Shown piece after piece: positions 20,001 to 28,033 of a DNA stretch of 64,000 nt. The position numbers and the translations under genes are program-made. Position 1 is the first letter of the stretch. Every line of letters starts with the position of its first letter. Under the pieces are notes generated by a model. The model was not told the origin of the DNA. It did no database searches and saw only the letters and a list, made by a program, of their open reading frames with translations. This DNA is from an uncultured Chryseobacterium sp. (lineage in GTDB: Bacteria; Bacteroidota; Bacteroidia; Flavobacteriales_C; GCA-002722245): assembly GCA_964406465.1 (NCBI GenBank), contig CAYORT010000001.1:157144-221143 (forward strand). The letters are read 5' to 3'.

Positions 20001-20479
20001 TAGATTTTTCCCGATAGTTGTAAGTTCAAATTTGAGTTTACAGCCAGGTCTTGATTGTTACCAAAGGAAATGCCTCTCGATAAACTACCTCCTTTATTCA
20101 AACCGCCGGTATTGAATATATCTTCTTTAATTGCCGCTTTATTGTTGAGCTGCTTTGCTAGAAGTGGAGCCGATCCCATGTTTAATGAATCTTTGTGCAT
20201 TAATGGTGCATTTACTCTAAATGGGAAAACTCTATATTGAAAAGTAAGAGTATCGTTGCTTATATTTTTAAACAGTAGCTGAGCATTAATATTGTCTATT
20301 CTATATAGATTGGAATTTGGTATGCTCCCAGGAACTATACTAAATGAATCAAGGGTAATGGTATCGTTGTTTACTACAATTCTTTTGATTCTTAAATTAT
20401 TGAAGTTTTGAGTATAGCCTATTTGAGCAAATAGGCATAGGATGAGAAGGACAATATGATTACGTTGTATGGAGCTCAT
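17015..20479 (-). CDS. large outer-membrane beta-barrel-type protein (hypothetical, 1154 aa)
   Basis: The product has a signal peptide, a sequence rich in alternating amphipathic segments and N/S/T/Y/G residues, and a terminal aromatic residue (...VQVQMMF), as is typical of OMPs. I could not assign a specific family. Confidence 0.55.
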   Translation of the reverse strand: MSSIQRNHIVLLILCLFAQIGYTQNFNNLRIKRIVVNNDTITLDSFSIVPGSIPNSNLYRIDNINAQLLFKNISNDTLTFQYRVFPFRVNAPLMHKDSLNMGSAPLLAKQLNNKAAIKEDIFNTGGLNKGGSLSRGISFGNNQDLAVNSNLNLQLSGKIYDDIEILAAISDNTIPIQADGNTQQLQEFDKVYIQFKKKNTRLLTGDFQIIETKDKFLKFNKKAQGISFSSEYKMPQLKSGFQPVHHADINIALSKGKFSRYQINGVEGNQGPYKLQGAENESFIIVLSGTEKIYIDGKLLTRGQNYDYIIDYNNAEITFTSQQLITKDKRIIVEFQYSDKNYTRTLLHAKNEFSFKKGNVTFNLYSEQDVKGQQLQQKLSDDELLILQQVGDSIQFALSPNIDSMAYSANYVLYEKKDTTVNAITYSIYEYSTDANKAKYRLAFSDFGQGKGNYVFANTSVNGRTYKWVAPINGIPQGRYEPQTLIITPKQRQMATLGANYKIAPNTVIDGEIAVSNKNVNLFSNKDKNDDVGTAIQLHFENHKKGDTNTLALKTSADYQLIQKNFSGIERFRSTEFERDWNITSIANINETEHFGVAKLELYKGSRKSINLGASIFTKGAYYTGLKASSDFKYANKIGSSLFGNASALKSYGNAVNTQFIRYKGTLSQKVGLFVLGVNVEQENNRISNAQVDTLLHSSFVYQQNGVFISTAEHLKNSFNLGYERRVDYGVKNNLIQQSTVADNLQAKSVFNQNKIVQLSLSSTYRALRINDSTLSPTKRPENTLLNRIDLNFNILRSLINSKAYYEFGSGLEIKREYSYLQVATGQGTYAWIDYNNDGVQQLNEFEIAKFNDQAKYIKVFTPTNEYVKTYSTQFNEVLNIQFAQLFRGSSVKGLPKFVSKFHNQLAYRTLMKSGKTTIEQAYLPYSRSVSDTSLISTTGSFRNTLFFNRGNPIYSIDITYSNNQNKNLLTSGVEARELQSKSINIRWNFQKRWSLLLNAEEQDKLKISQFFSITDFKIHSYIASPKLTLQPNNNLRISLLYNYKQKTNDPSYGTEKTIVNQYGMEMTYNLSNKGRLDASFNYISINYNKTTENSSPLEFEMLEGLHRGDNFTWTMTLQSRLANNMQISLNYTGRASNKNTPVHIGGVQVQMMF

Positions 20480-20594
20480 TGAATCTTATACAATTAACGT
20501 AAAATCTGTCATTTTTGGTAATTAAAGTGAAGTATACTTCAAAAAAATAAGGTTGAGTGTTGGCTCAACCTTATTTTATCGATGTATTTTACAA

Positions 20595-22787
20595 TTAATC
20601 TAATTTTTCGAAACGGTAGTCTTCAATGTCGGCATTGGTTTTTAAAGCATCACCAACAAATTTCTCTACAATTCCAGGCTGATTTTGATTGCCTTTGATC
20701 TCTCTGTTCATTGCATTTATTTCTTGGCTAAAATCGGTAATTGGCAATAAGCCCGATTTCTTGATAACGAATACTACATAAACTGCACGCTTACCAACGA
20801 AAGCTTTCGATAGAGTGTTAGCTGGCAAAGCTCCAACCATACCAATTAAGTCGGCTTCATCAGAGTAAATTACGCCGCCAGTTAAAGGTCCGGGATTGCT
20901 TTTCTCTGTGTACAACTCAGGAATGCTGTTTTTGATGTCTTGTATGCTTTTTGCGCCTTTAGCAATAACATCGTTGATTTTCTTTTGAAGAATTTCGCCT
21001 TTCTTTTGGTTGCGAACTTTCATTTCAAGCTCTCTTTTTACTTGTTCGTCATCAAGAGTTTTATATCCTTCTTCGTATTGTTTTTGAAGCATTACTACTA
21101 CATAGTTTTCATAGATGTCTTTTACATCAGAAATGTCACCAACATTAGCATTGTAAGCCCACTTAACAACTTCACGAGCGCCTTGCAAACCTTGCACAAA
21201 GATGTCGTGTCTGCCTAGGGCTGGTTGCGACATCAATCTGTAATTGTTTTTAGCGGCCATGCTGTCGATATTTTCTTTTTTATTCGCCAATAGGTCTGCA
21301 GCTTTTGTTGCCACAGCGCGAATAGCCAACTTAGTTTCCTCAGAAACTTTAAGCTCTCTAGAGATGGTTCCTACGTTTACTTTCTTAGTTAAAACACCTT
21401 GTTGAACAACTTTCACCAAGTGAATACCGTCTCTACCTGGAATTTTCATGATGGCACCAGTATTCAACATACAAGAGTCGAACATATAGCTGTATTTGTT
21501 GGTGCTGTTTACCCAGCCAATATCGCCGCCACTTGCTTTAGAAGTAACATCATCAGAGTTTTTCATTGCTAATTCTTCGAACAATTCTTTGTTTTTCTCT
21601 ACTTTTTTGAAAAGAGAATCTGCTTTAGCGAATAAAGCATCTTGAGTAGTGATGGTTAAGTTTTCTGAACCTAAAACATCTGGTGCTCCTTTGTAGGAAA
21701 TTAAGATGTGCTTCACTCTCACAGAGTCGGCCAATTGTCTCACTTTTAAAACTTTACTTACGCGAATAGTTTTTTTGCCATTCACCCCAAATTCTGCATA
21801 AGGGCCGAAAATCTGACCCTCAGCCAATGATGCGAAGTTTGAGTCAAGAGCCATTGGAAGTCCGTCACCTTTTTTATGGAAAGAAGCGTCGTAAGGAGCA
21901 TTTCCATCAGATTCACCACTTACAAAAATCCCTTCGTTTTTGGTAATACCAGCAAAGCGCGTTTTAACTTCTTGCATTGTTGCCATTAAAGCTGCCTCAT
22001 CTTTAGCAGAAGCTTCTTGTGGGAACAAAAGGTATTTGATATCTCTACCTTCTTTTTGTTTGTAGTTGTTTTTGTCTTTCTCGTAAGCTGCTTGTAACTC
22101 TTCTTCGCTTACTTTAATGGTTGAGTCGTTCACCAATGTTGTGCTGTATGCAATGCTTCCAACTTCAAACTCTACAATTTCATTGTTGGTGGTGTATTGG
22201 TATTTAGCTTCAGATTTAGTAGTAACAAATCCAGCTCTAAGCAAGCTTTGGTATTTGTAATAGTTAAGTTGTTGACGAATTTGTTTTTCAAATTTCGATA
22301 CTTCGTTCAATACTTTAGCATCGCTGCTATTTTTAATAGCTTCTCTAAGTTGTTCGGTGCTTTCTGGATTGATGTTTAACATCTCGGCAACAGCACGAGA
22401 ATAGCTGTATTGTGGGTTTAAGAAGATTTCTGCTACTTCTTCATCACTAGAAGAAATACCCATTGCTTCGCACTCATCATCTACTAAAGCCAAGCCCACA
22501 GCGGTGTTCCAAGCTTGTTCGTTAATTTGTTGTTGAGTGTAGTCGTCGATAGGCATACCTTGCGACTGACTTCTTTGTCTCATCTCAAGATTTTGCACAA
22601 AAGCATTGTATTCTTTTGTTTCAATTGTGGTTCCGTTTACTTCACCAAGTTCGTTAGGATCATCGCTTCCCAGTCCGCCACCTCTTTTGTTCGAAAGCGC
22701 GTCCATTAACACGAAAAGCAATAAACTTCCACCTATCACGACAAGCATTAAGCCCGACTTATTTCTCAATTTTTGGATAATAGCCAT
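20595..22787 (-). CDS. PpiD/SurA-like periplasmic chaperone (peptidylprolyl isomerase)
   Basis: The N-terminus (MAIIQKLRNKSGLMLVVIGGSLLLF) is a TM anchor characteristic of PpiD-family proteins. A parvulin-like region lies later, and the 730 aa size fits. Confidence 0.85.
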   Translation of the reverse strand: MAIIQKLRNKSGLMLVVIGGSLLLFVLMDALSNKRGGGLGSDDPNELGEVNGTTIETKEYNAFVQNLEMRQRSQSQGMPIDDYTQQQINEQAWNTAVGLALVDDECEAMGISSSDEEVAEIFLNPQYSYSRAVAEMLNINPESTEQLREAIKNSSDAKVLNEVSKFEKQIRQQLNYYKYQSLLRAGFVTTKSEAKYQYTTNNEIVEFEVGSIAYSTTLVNDSTIKVSEEELQAAYEKDKNNYKQKEGRDIKYLLFPQEASAKDEAALMATMQEVKTRFAGITKNEGIFVSGESDGNAPYDASFHKKGDGLPMALDSNFASLAEGQIFGPYAEFGVNGKKTIRVSKVLKVRQLADSVRVKHILISYKGAPDVLGSENLTITTQDALFAKADSLFKKVEKNKELFEELAMKNSDDVTSKASGGDIGWVNSTNKYSYMFDSCMLNTGAIMKIPGRDGIHLVKVVQQGVLTKKVNVGTISRELKVSEETKLAIRAVATKAADLLANKKENIDSMAAKNNYRLMSQPALGRHDIFVQGLQGAREVVKWAYNANVGDISDVKDIYENYVVVMLQKQYEEGYKTLDDEQVKRELEMKVRNQKKGEILQKKINDVIAKGAKSIQDIKNSIPELYTEKSNPGPLTGGVIYSDEADLIGMVGALPANTLSKAFVGKRAVYVVFVIKKSGLLPITDFSQEINAMNREIKGNQNQPGIVEKFVGDALKTNADIEDYRFEKLD

Positions 22788-22871
22788 TGATATAATTTTT
22801 TAAGAGGCACGAATATACAATAGAATAAGGGAAAAATAAAAAGAAAGATGAGGAACTTTGTAAAGGGTATT

Positions 22872-24128
22872 TTAATTCTTGTTTTGATTGAAAACGCGCA
22901 CCAAGTCGATGCGGTTATTGCTTACCTTTTCGATAAGAAAATCAAAGCCTTCAATGATGATATGTTCGCCGTCTTTTGGTATCGTTTCATGATGCGAGAA
23001 TATAAGTCCGGCAAGGGTTTCATAAGCATCTGAAGTCGGCAAGTTCAAGTTGTATTTTTGGTTGAGGTAGTCAATTTCAATTCTAGCCGAGAATAAAAAT
23101 TCGTGATCATCTATTTGTTCTTCAATCAATTCAGGTGAATCGTGTTCGTCTTCAATTTCCCCAAAAATCTCCTCCATCACGTCTTCCATAGTAATCATGC
23201 CCGATGTGCCACCAAATTCATCAACCACTATGGCAACGCTTTTCTTCTTTTGAATGAAAGCGTTTAATAGCTGATCGGCAGGCATCGTTTCGGGAACATA
23301 AAATACCGGAAGCGTCATTGTTTTAATTTCTTTCGGATTTTTGAACAGCTCCATGGAATGCACGAAGCCAACGATGTTGTCGATGGAACCTCTGTAAATC
23401 AAAACTTTAGACAAGCCCGTTTCTGTAAACGTTTTCACCAAAGCTGGCACGCTGGATTGGATATCCATGGCTATCAATTCGGTGCGAGGAACCATGCACT
23501 CACGCGCTTTAATTCGTGAGAAATCTAGGGCATTCTTGTAAATGTGAACTTCGTGATCTACTTGTGCATTTTCATCGATCATGCTGGTTTTATCTTCAAG
23601 GTATTTCTCCAAATCGAGGCGGTCAAAGATGGGAGGTTCATCGGAAACTTCGGTTTTAAAAACCACTTTTAAGAACATTCTAGAAATCCATATGGTAAAG
23701 GCTACTACCCATTTGAGCAATAGATAAAACACATAAACCGGTGCAGCAAAAATCTTTAATACTTTAATGGGGTACGACCTAAAAATGTTTTTTGGAATGT
23801 ATTCACCCAGTATCAAGATGATAGCGGTAGAAATGATCGTTTGAAGGAAGAATAAAAGGAATGGATTGCTCTGAACATTCAAACTTTCTTCAAGTATTCC
23901 TTCCATGTAGGTAGAGTAAACAACTAGGGAGATGTTGTTGCCAATAAGCATGGTGGCCAAGAAGCGAGAAGGGGTACTTACAAATTTAGACACGATACCA
24001 GCTAGGAAATTTCCCGATTTTCCTTCCAATTCAATTTCCATTTTGTTGGCAGAAACGAAGGCGATTTCCATTCCCGAGAAAATGGCGGAAAATAATAGCG
24101 AAAGAGCAATGATGATGAAAATTTCCAT
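22872..24128 (-). CDS. CNNM/hemolysin family protein (DUF21 + CBS pair + CorC_HlyC), GldE-like
   Basis: The N-terminal DUF21 TM region (MEIFIIIALSLLFSAIFSGMEIAFVSANK) is followed by a CBS pair and the C-terminal transporter-associated domain. Confidence 0.85.
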   Translation of the reverse strand: MEIFIIIALSLLFSAIFSGMEIAFVSANKMEIELEGKSGNFLAGIVSKFVSTPSRFLATMLIGNNISLVVYSTYMEGILEESLNVQSNPFLLFFLQTIISTAIILILGEYIPKNIFRSYPIKVLKIFAAPVYVFYLLLKWVVAFTIWISRMFLKVVFKTEVSDEPPIFDRLDLEKYLEDKTSMIDENAQVDHEVHIYKNALDFSRIKARECMVPRTELIAMDIQSSVPALVKTFTETGLSKVLIYRGSIDNIVGFVHSMELFKNPKEIKTMTLPVFYVPETMPADQLLNAFIQKKKSVAIVVDEFGGTSGMITMEDVMEEIFGEIEDEHDSPELIEEQIDDHEFLFSARIEIDYLNQKYNLNLPTSDAYETLAGLIFSHHETIPKDGEHIIIEGFDFLIEKVSNNRIDLVRVFNQNKN

Positions 24129-24317
24129 TTATTGCTGATTGAGTTCTTTTCTAATTTTTCTTCTGCGGAAATAGAAAAAGGCCGATACGGCCATCAACAG
24201 CAGCCAATTGGCAGCATTGTTAATGTCTTTTTGATAAAAAATATACAAAAAGGTACAGGTGCTAATACCAAAGCGCATAAGCCAAACTACTTCAAAAATT
24301 TTGAGTTTAGCCAGCAT
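24129..24317 (-). CDS. small two-TM membrane protein (62 aa), translationally coupled within the hemD to CNNM operon
   Basis: Its stop abuts the start of the CNNM gene and its start lies 3 nt after the hemD stop. It has two hydrophobic helices and a basic tail (RRRKIRK). Confidence 0.35.
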   Translation of the reverse strand: MLAKLKIFEVVWLMRFGISTCTFLYIFYQKDINNAANWLLLMAVSAFFYFRRRKIRKELNQQ

Positions 24318-24320
24318 CTT

Positions 24321-25061
24321 CTATTTGTTTGCTTTGATATATTTCTCGATGGCCATCGTCATTGAAGGCGCATCTTGAGGAGCTGCAATGTTTAATTTTA
24401 ATCCGGCCTTTTCAACAGCTCTTTTGGTGCTTTCACCGTAGGCTGCAATCAAGGTTTTATTTTGTTTGAATTTCGGGAAGTTTTTGAACAGCGACTCAAT
24501 TCCAGCTGGTGAATAGAACACCAATAAGTCGTAAAACACGTTCTCTAAATCACTTAAATCGCTGGCAACAGTTTTAAATAAAATCGCTCTGCTGTAGTCG
24601 ATTCCCGCTTTATCTAACAATTCGGGAATAATAGGCACTAAAATATCGGAAGAAGGCAACAAGAATTTTTCTCCTTTGTGCTTTTTGATAAGCTCCATCA
24701 AATCGGGGAAAGTTTGTTTGCCATGAAAAATCTTTCTTTTGCGGTAAACCACGTATTTCTGTAAGTAGAAAGCTACGGCTTCACTAATGCAAAAATATTT
24801 CATGGTATCGGGCACTGTGAAGCGCACCTCTTCGGCCATTCTAAAGTAGTGATCTACAGCGTTTTTACTGGTTAAAATCACCGCAGTATAATCGGGAATA
24901 TTAATTTTTTGTTTTCTAAATTCTTTGATATCAACCCCTTCCACATGGATGAAGGAACGAAAATCAATTTTCAACTTATACTTGCTAGCCAACTCACCGT
25001 AAGGAGATTTTGCGTCATCTGGCTCTGGTTGTGAAACCAAAATACTCTGCAATTTCTTCAT
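24321..25061 (-). CDS. hemD: uroporphyrinogen-III synthase
   Basis: The HemD-like N-terminus (ILVSQPEPDD...VILTSKNAVDHYF) matches the family. The adjacent DUF4271 gene is a conserved Bacteroidota neighbour. Confidence 0.75.
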   Translation of the reverse strand: MKKLQSILVSQPEPDDAKSPYGELASKYKLKIDFRSFIHVEGVDIKEFRKQKINIPDYTAVILTSKNAVDHYFRMAEEVRFTVPDTMKYFCISEAVAFYLQKYVVYRKRKIFHGKQTFPDLMELIKKHKGEKFLLPSSDILVPIIPELLDKAGIDYSRAILFKTVASDLSDLENVFYDLLVFYSPAGIESLFKNFPKFKQNKTLIAAYGESTKRAVEKAGLKLNIAAPQDAPSMTMAIEKYIKANK

Positions 25062-25071
25062 TTAATACCTT

Positions 25072-25788
25072 TTAAAAACTTAGTATCGTTTGAATCTCAG
25101 TCTTATACAATTTTATCAATATTGCTATTGGTAAAATTTCTAAAGTGCAAATATATAAAATCGAATAGATTTTTGGAAACGAATTCACATTGAAACCCAA
25201 TCTAAAGCCGATAAAATACCTTCTTAAGGCGGCGAAAGCAAATAAAAGGAGGCTGAAATAGAGCAGGAATGAGGAAACCGCTTGATTTGAATAAGCAACA
25301 AAGAACATCACCGGCAGTGAATAAATACCTAATAACTTATAAATTAACCATAGGTTAAACTCATGTTCTTTGCTTTCATTTTCAGTGTTAAAAATCCACC
25401 CAGAAACTCGAATTATAGCACTCTGTAAAAACACTAAAAAAGTGAAGGCGATGAATATCAACAAATAGAGCAAAAATCCTTTAAAGTGATAACCGTTCAT
25501 TTTATCGTACCATGCAGGAACTTTAAGAGAAGACTTGTCAATCCACAAATAGATGAATAATGATAGTGAAAGCATGGAGATGAAATTAAGTCGCGCCGAT
25601 ACTTTTTTGTAAATCTCATTTTCTTCTCTTTGCAAGCTAATGTAATACTGCTTAAAGAAGGTGGCTAAGATGGCTTTCCACATGAGGTTTCTATGCTGTA
25701 CAACCACCGATGCAAATACTGCACAAATAAATAGAAGTGTGGCTATTAGCCAATCTCCCTGTCCTTCTATTTTTGGTATACCGTGCAT
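25072..25788 (-). CDS. DUF4271 family membrane protein
   Basis: This polytopic membrane protein sits in the conserved position upstream of hemD. Confidence 0.65.
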   Translation of the reverse strand: MHGIPKIEGQGDWLIATLLFICAVFASVVVQHRNLMWKAILATFFKQYYISLQREENEIYKKVSARLNFISMLSLSLFIYLWIDKSSLKVPAWYDKMNGYHFKGFLLYLLIFIAFTFLVFLQSAIIRVSGWIFNTENESKEHEFNLWLIYKLLGIYSLPVMFFVAYSNQAVSSFLLYFSLLLFAFAALRRYFIGFRLGFNVNSFPKIYSILYICTLEILPIAILIKLYKTEIQTILSF

Positions 25789-25915
25789 CCTTTCTTCTAA
25801 TTCGTGCTAAGTTATGAAAACAGCGTCCATACCTTCTTAAAAAAGAATAAATATTTTTACTCTTGTAAAAATTAATTTACTTAAAAGCGTATCTTCATTT
25901 TATAAATTTATTAGC

Positions 25916-27094
25916 ATGAGCAAGAATCAATTTAAAGGGGTAGATTATTATGTTTTAGATGAACTACTAACCGATGAGCAGAAGATGGTGCGTGACGCAG
26001 CTCGCCAATGGGTAAGCAAAGAGGTTTCTCCAATAATTGAAGACTATTGCCAGAAAGCTACTTTTCCCAAACATTTGATAAAAGGCTTAGGGGAGATTGG
26101 TGCTTTCGGACCATACATTCCTCAAGAATATGGAGGCGCTGGATTAGATTATATTTCTTACGGACTCATCATGCAAGAATTGGAAAGGGGAGATTCGGGA
26201 ATTCGTTCTACGGCTTCTGTACAATCATCTTTGGTGATGTACCCTATTTATGCTTATGGTTCTGAAGAACAAAGAAAAAAATATTTGCCAAAGTTGGCTA
26301 CCGGAGAAATGATGGGTTGTTTTGGTTTAACTGAGCCCGATCACGGATCGAATCCAAGCGGAATGGTAACCAATATCAAAGATAAAGGTGATCATTATTT
26401 GTTGAATGGCGCTAAAATGTGGATTTCAAATGCCCCCTTTGCCGATATAGCTGTGGTTTGGGCAAAGAATGAAGAAGGCAGAATAAAAGGGTTAATTGTA
26501 GAAAGAGGAATGCCCGGATTTACAACTCCTGAGACACATGGAAAATGGTCTTTGCGTGCATCGGCGACAGGGGAGTTGGTATTCGACAATGTTAAGGTTC
26601 CGAAAGAAAATTTATTGCCTAATAAAGACGGATTGGGAGCACCGCTGGGTTGTTTAGATTCGGCTCGTTACGGTATCGCATGGGGTGCCATAGGAGCGGG
26701 CATGGATTGTTACGATTCGGCTTTAAGATATGCGCAAGAGAGAAAGCAATTTGATAAACCGTTGGCTTCTTTTCAATTACAACAAAAAAAATTGGCTGAG
26801 ATGGTAACAGAAATTACCAAAGCCCAGTTGTTGGTTTGGCGTTTAGGAACATTGAAAAATCAAGGTAAAGCCACCACTGCACAAATTTCTATGGCGAAAA
26901 GAAATAACGTGAATATGGCTTTGGAGATAGCACGTGAGGCTCGTCAGGTTCACGGTGCCATGGGGATTACAGGTGAATATCCAATTATGCGTCACATGAT
27001 GAATTTAGAATCGGTGGTTACTTACGAAGGAACGCACGATATTCATTTGTTGATTACCGGACACGATATTACTGGAATATCGGCCTTTAAGTAA
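25916..27094 (+). CDS. acyl-CoA dehydrogenase (glutaryl-CoA dehydrogenase-like)
   Basis: ACAD N, middle and C domains are recognisable (GLTEPDHGSNPSGM ... YEGTHDIHLL). Confidence 0.9.
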   Translation: MSKNQFKGVDYYVLDELLTDEQKMVRDAARQWVSKEVSPIIEDYCQKATFPKHLIKGLGEIGAFGPYIPQEYGGAGLDYISYGLIMQELERGDSGIRSTASVQSSLVMYPIYAYGSEEQRKKYLPKLATGEMMGCFGLTEPDHGSNPSGMVTNIKDKGDHYLLNGAKMWISNAPFADIAVVWAKNEEGRIKGLIVERGMPGFTTPETHGKWSLRASATGELVFDNVKVPKENLLPNKDGLGAPLGCLDSARYGIAWGAIGAGMDCYDSALRYAQERKQFDKPLASFQLQQKKLAEMVTEITKAQLLVWRLGTLKNQGKATTAQISMAKRNNVNMALEIAREARQVHGAMGITGEYPIMRHMMNLESVVTYEGTHDIHLLITGHDITGISAFK

Positions 27095-27095
27095 A

Positions 27096-27512
27096 TTATC
27101 TTTTGAATAAAATCTCTTTTAGAATCACCGTATCGGTATGTGTTTCTGTGTAGATTAGTTTAAGGTAGTTAGAACTTACGCTGTCTATGTCGTATTTTTC
27201 TACATTAAGCAAAGCACCACCGTCATTTTTGGCTTGCATTTCAACAAATTTCCCTTTTTCATCCCAAGATACCTTGCCATCTAAAATGGCAGCGCCACCC
27301 CACAGGCTGCCACTACCGTTGTTGTGCAAATCCATGTATTTGTATTTGTCGTAACGCGTATCTGTAACAAAATAACCTGTTTTGTTGGTGGTGATTTTGC
27401 CACTATTAAAAATCCAAGTGTTTACCAGCAACGAAGATTCGTTAGAACCAGGGTCGGTGCATGAAATAGTAAACAAACAACTAAGAAATAGAATAACAAT
27501 AAAATGTTTCAT
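27096..27512 (-). CDS. hypothetical lipoprotein (lipocalin-like size)
   Basis: A signal peptide with a lipobox is present (LFLSCLFTISC). Confidence 0.5.
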   Translation of the reverse strand: MKHFIVILFLSCLFTISCTDPGSNESSLLVNTWIFNSGKITTNKTGYFVTDTRYDKYKYMDLHNNGSGSLWGGAAILDGKVSWDEKGKFVEMQAKNDGGALLNVEKYDIDSVSSNYLKLIYTETHTDTVILKEILFKR

Positions 27513-27582
27513 ACCTAAAACTATAAATATATTTTAACTTCTATAAATTTTTAATTTCAATAGTTATGCGCAATTTTAGGGT

Positions 27583-28014
27583 ATGCTTGAGATTGAACTG
27601 TACAAGGCTATAGGTTTGTTCCTATTGAGCGGAGTGAAAATATTGTTTACTCCGATAGGGATGATTTTTGGTGGTGTGCCTTATTGGACCACTATCTTGA
27701 TTACCGCGTCGGGAGGAGTAACAGGAGCCATGGTGTTCTTTTTTTTGGGAAAAAGTATTCTATCTCTTTTTAAGAGCAAAAAGAAAAAAAAGGTTTTCAC
27801 TAAGCAGAATAGAAGAACTGTGAATATTAAAAATCGTTTTGGTTTGATTGGAATGGCTTCGTTAATGGGAATAATTTCTGTACCAGCTGCAGTGATTTTA
27901 GTAGCCAAGTATTATGGCAAGCACAAGGCAGTTATTCCGGTATTAATTTTAACGGCAGTTGCTTGGAGCTTTGTAGTGACGACAGTTACTTATGCAGTGT
28001 TTAGTTTGTTTTGA
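27583..28014 (+). CDS. small polytopic membrane protein with a Lys-rich loop (hypothetical)
   Basis: Four predicted TM segments flank a central KSKKKKKVFTKQNRR loop. Confidence 0.5.
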   Translation: MLEIELYKAIGLFLLSGVKILFTPIGMIFGGVPYWTTILITASGGVTGAMVFFFLGKSILSLFKSKKKKKVFTKQNRRTVNIKNRFGLIGMASLMGIISVPAAVILVAKYYGKHKAVIPVLILTAVAWSFVVTTVTYAVFSLF

Positions 28015-28033
28015 TCGTTTCTAATAGTAAGCT

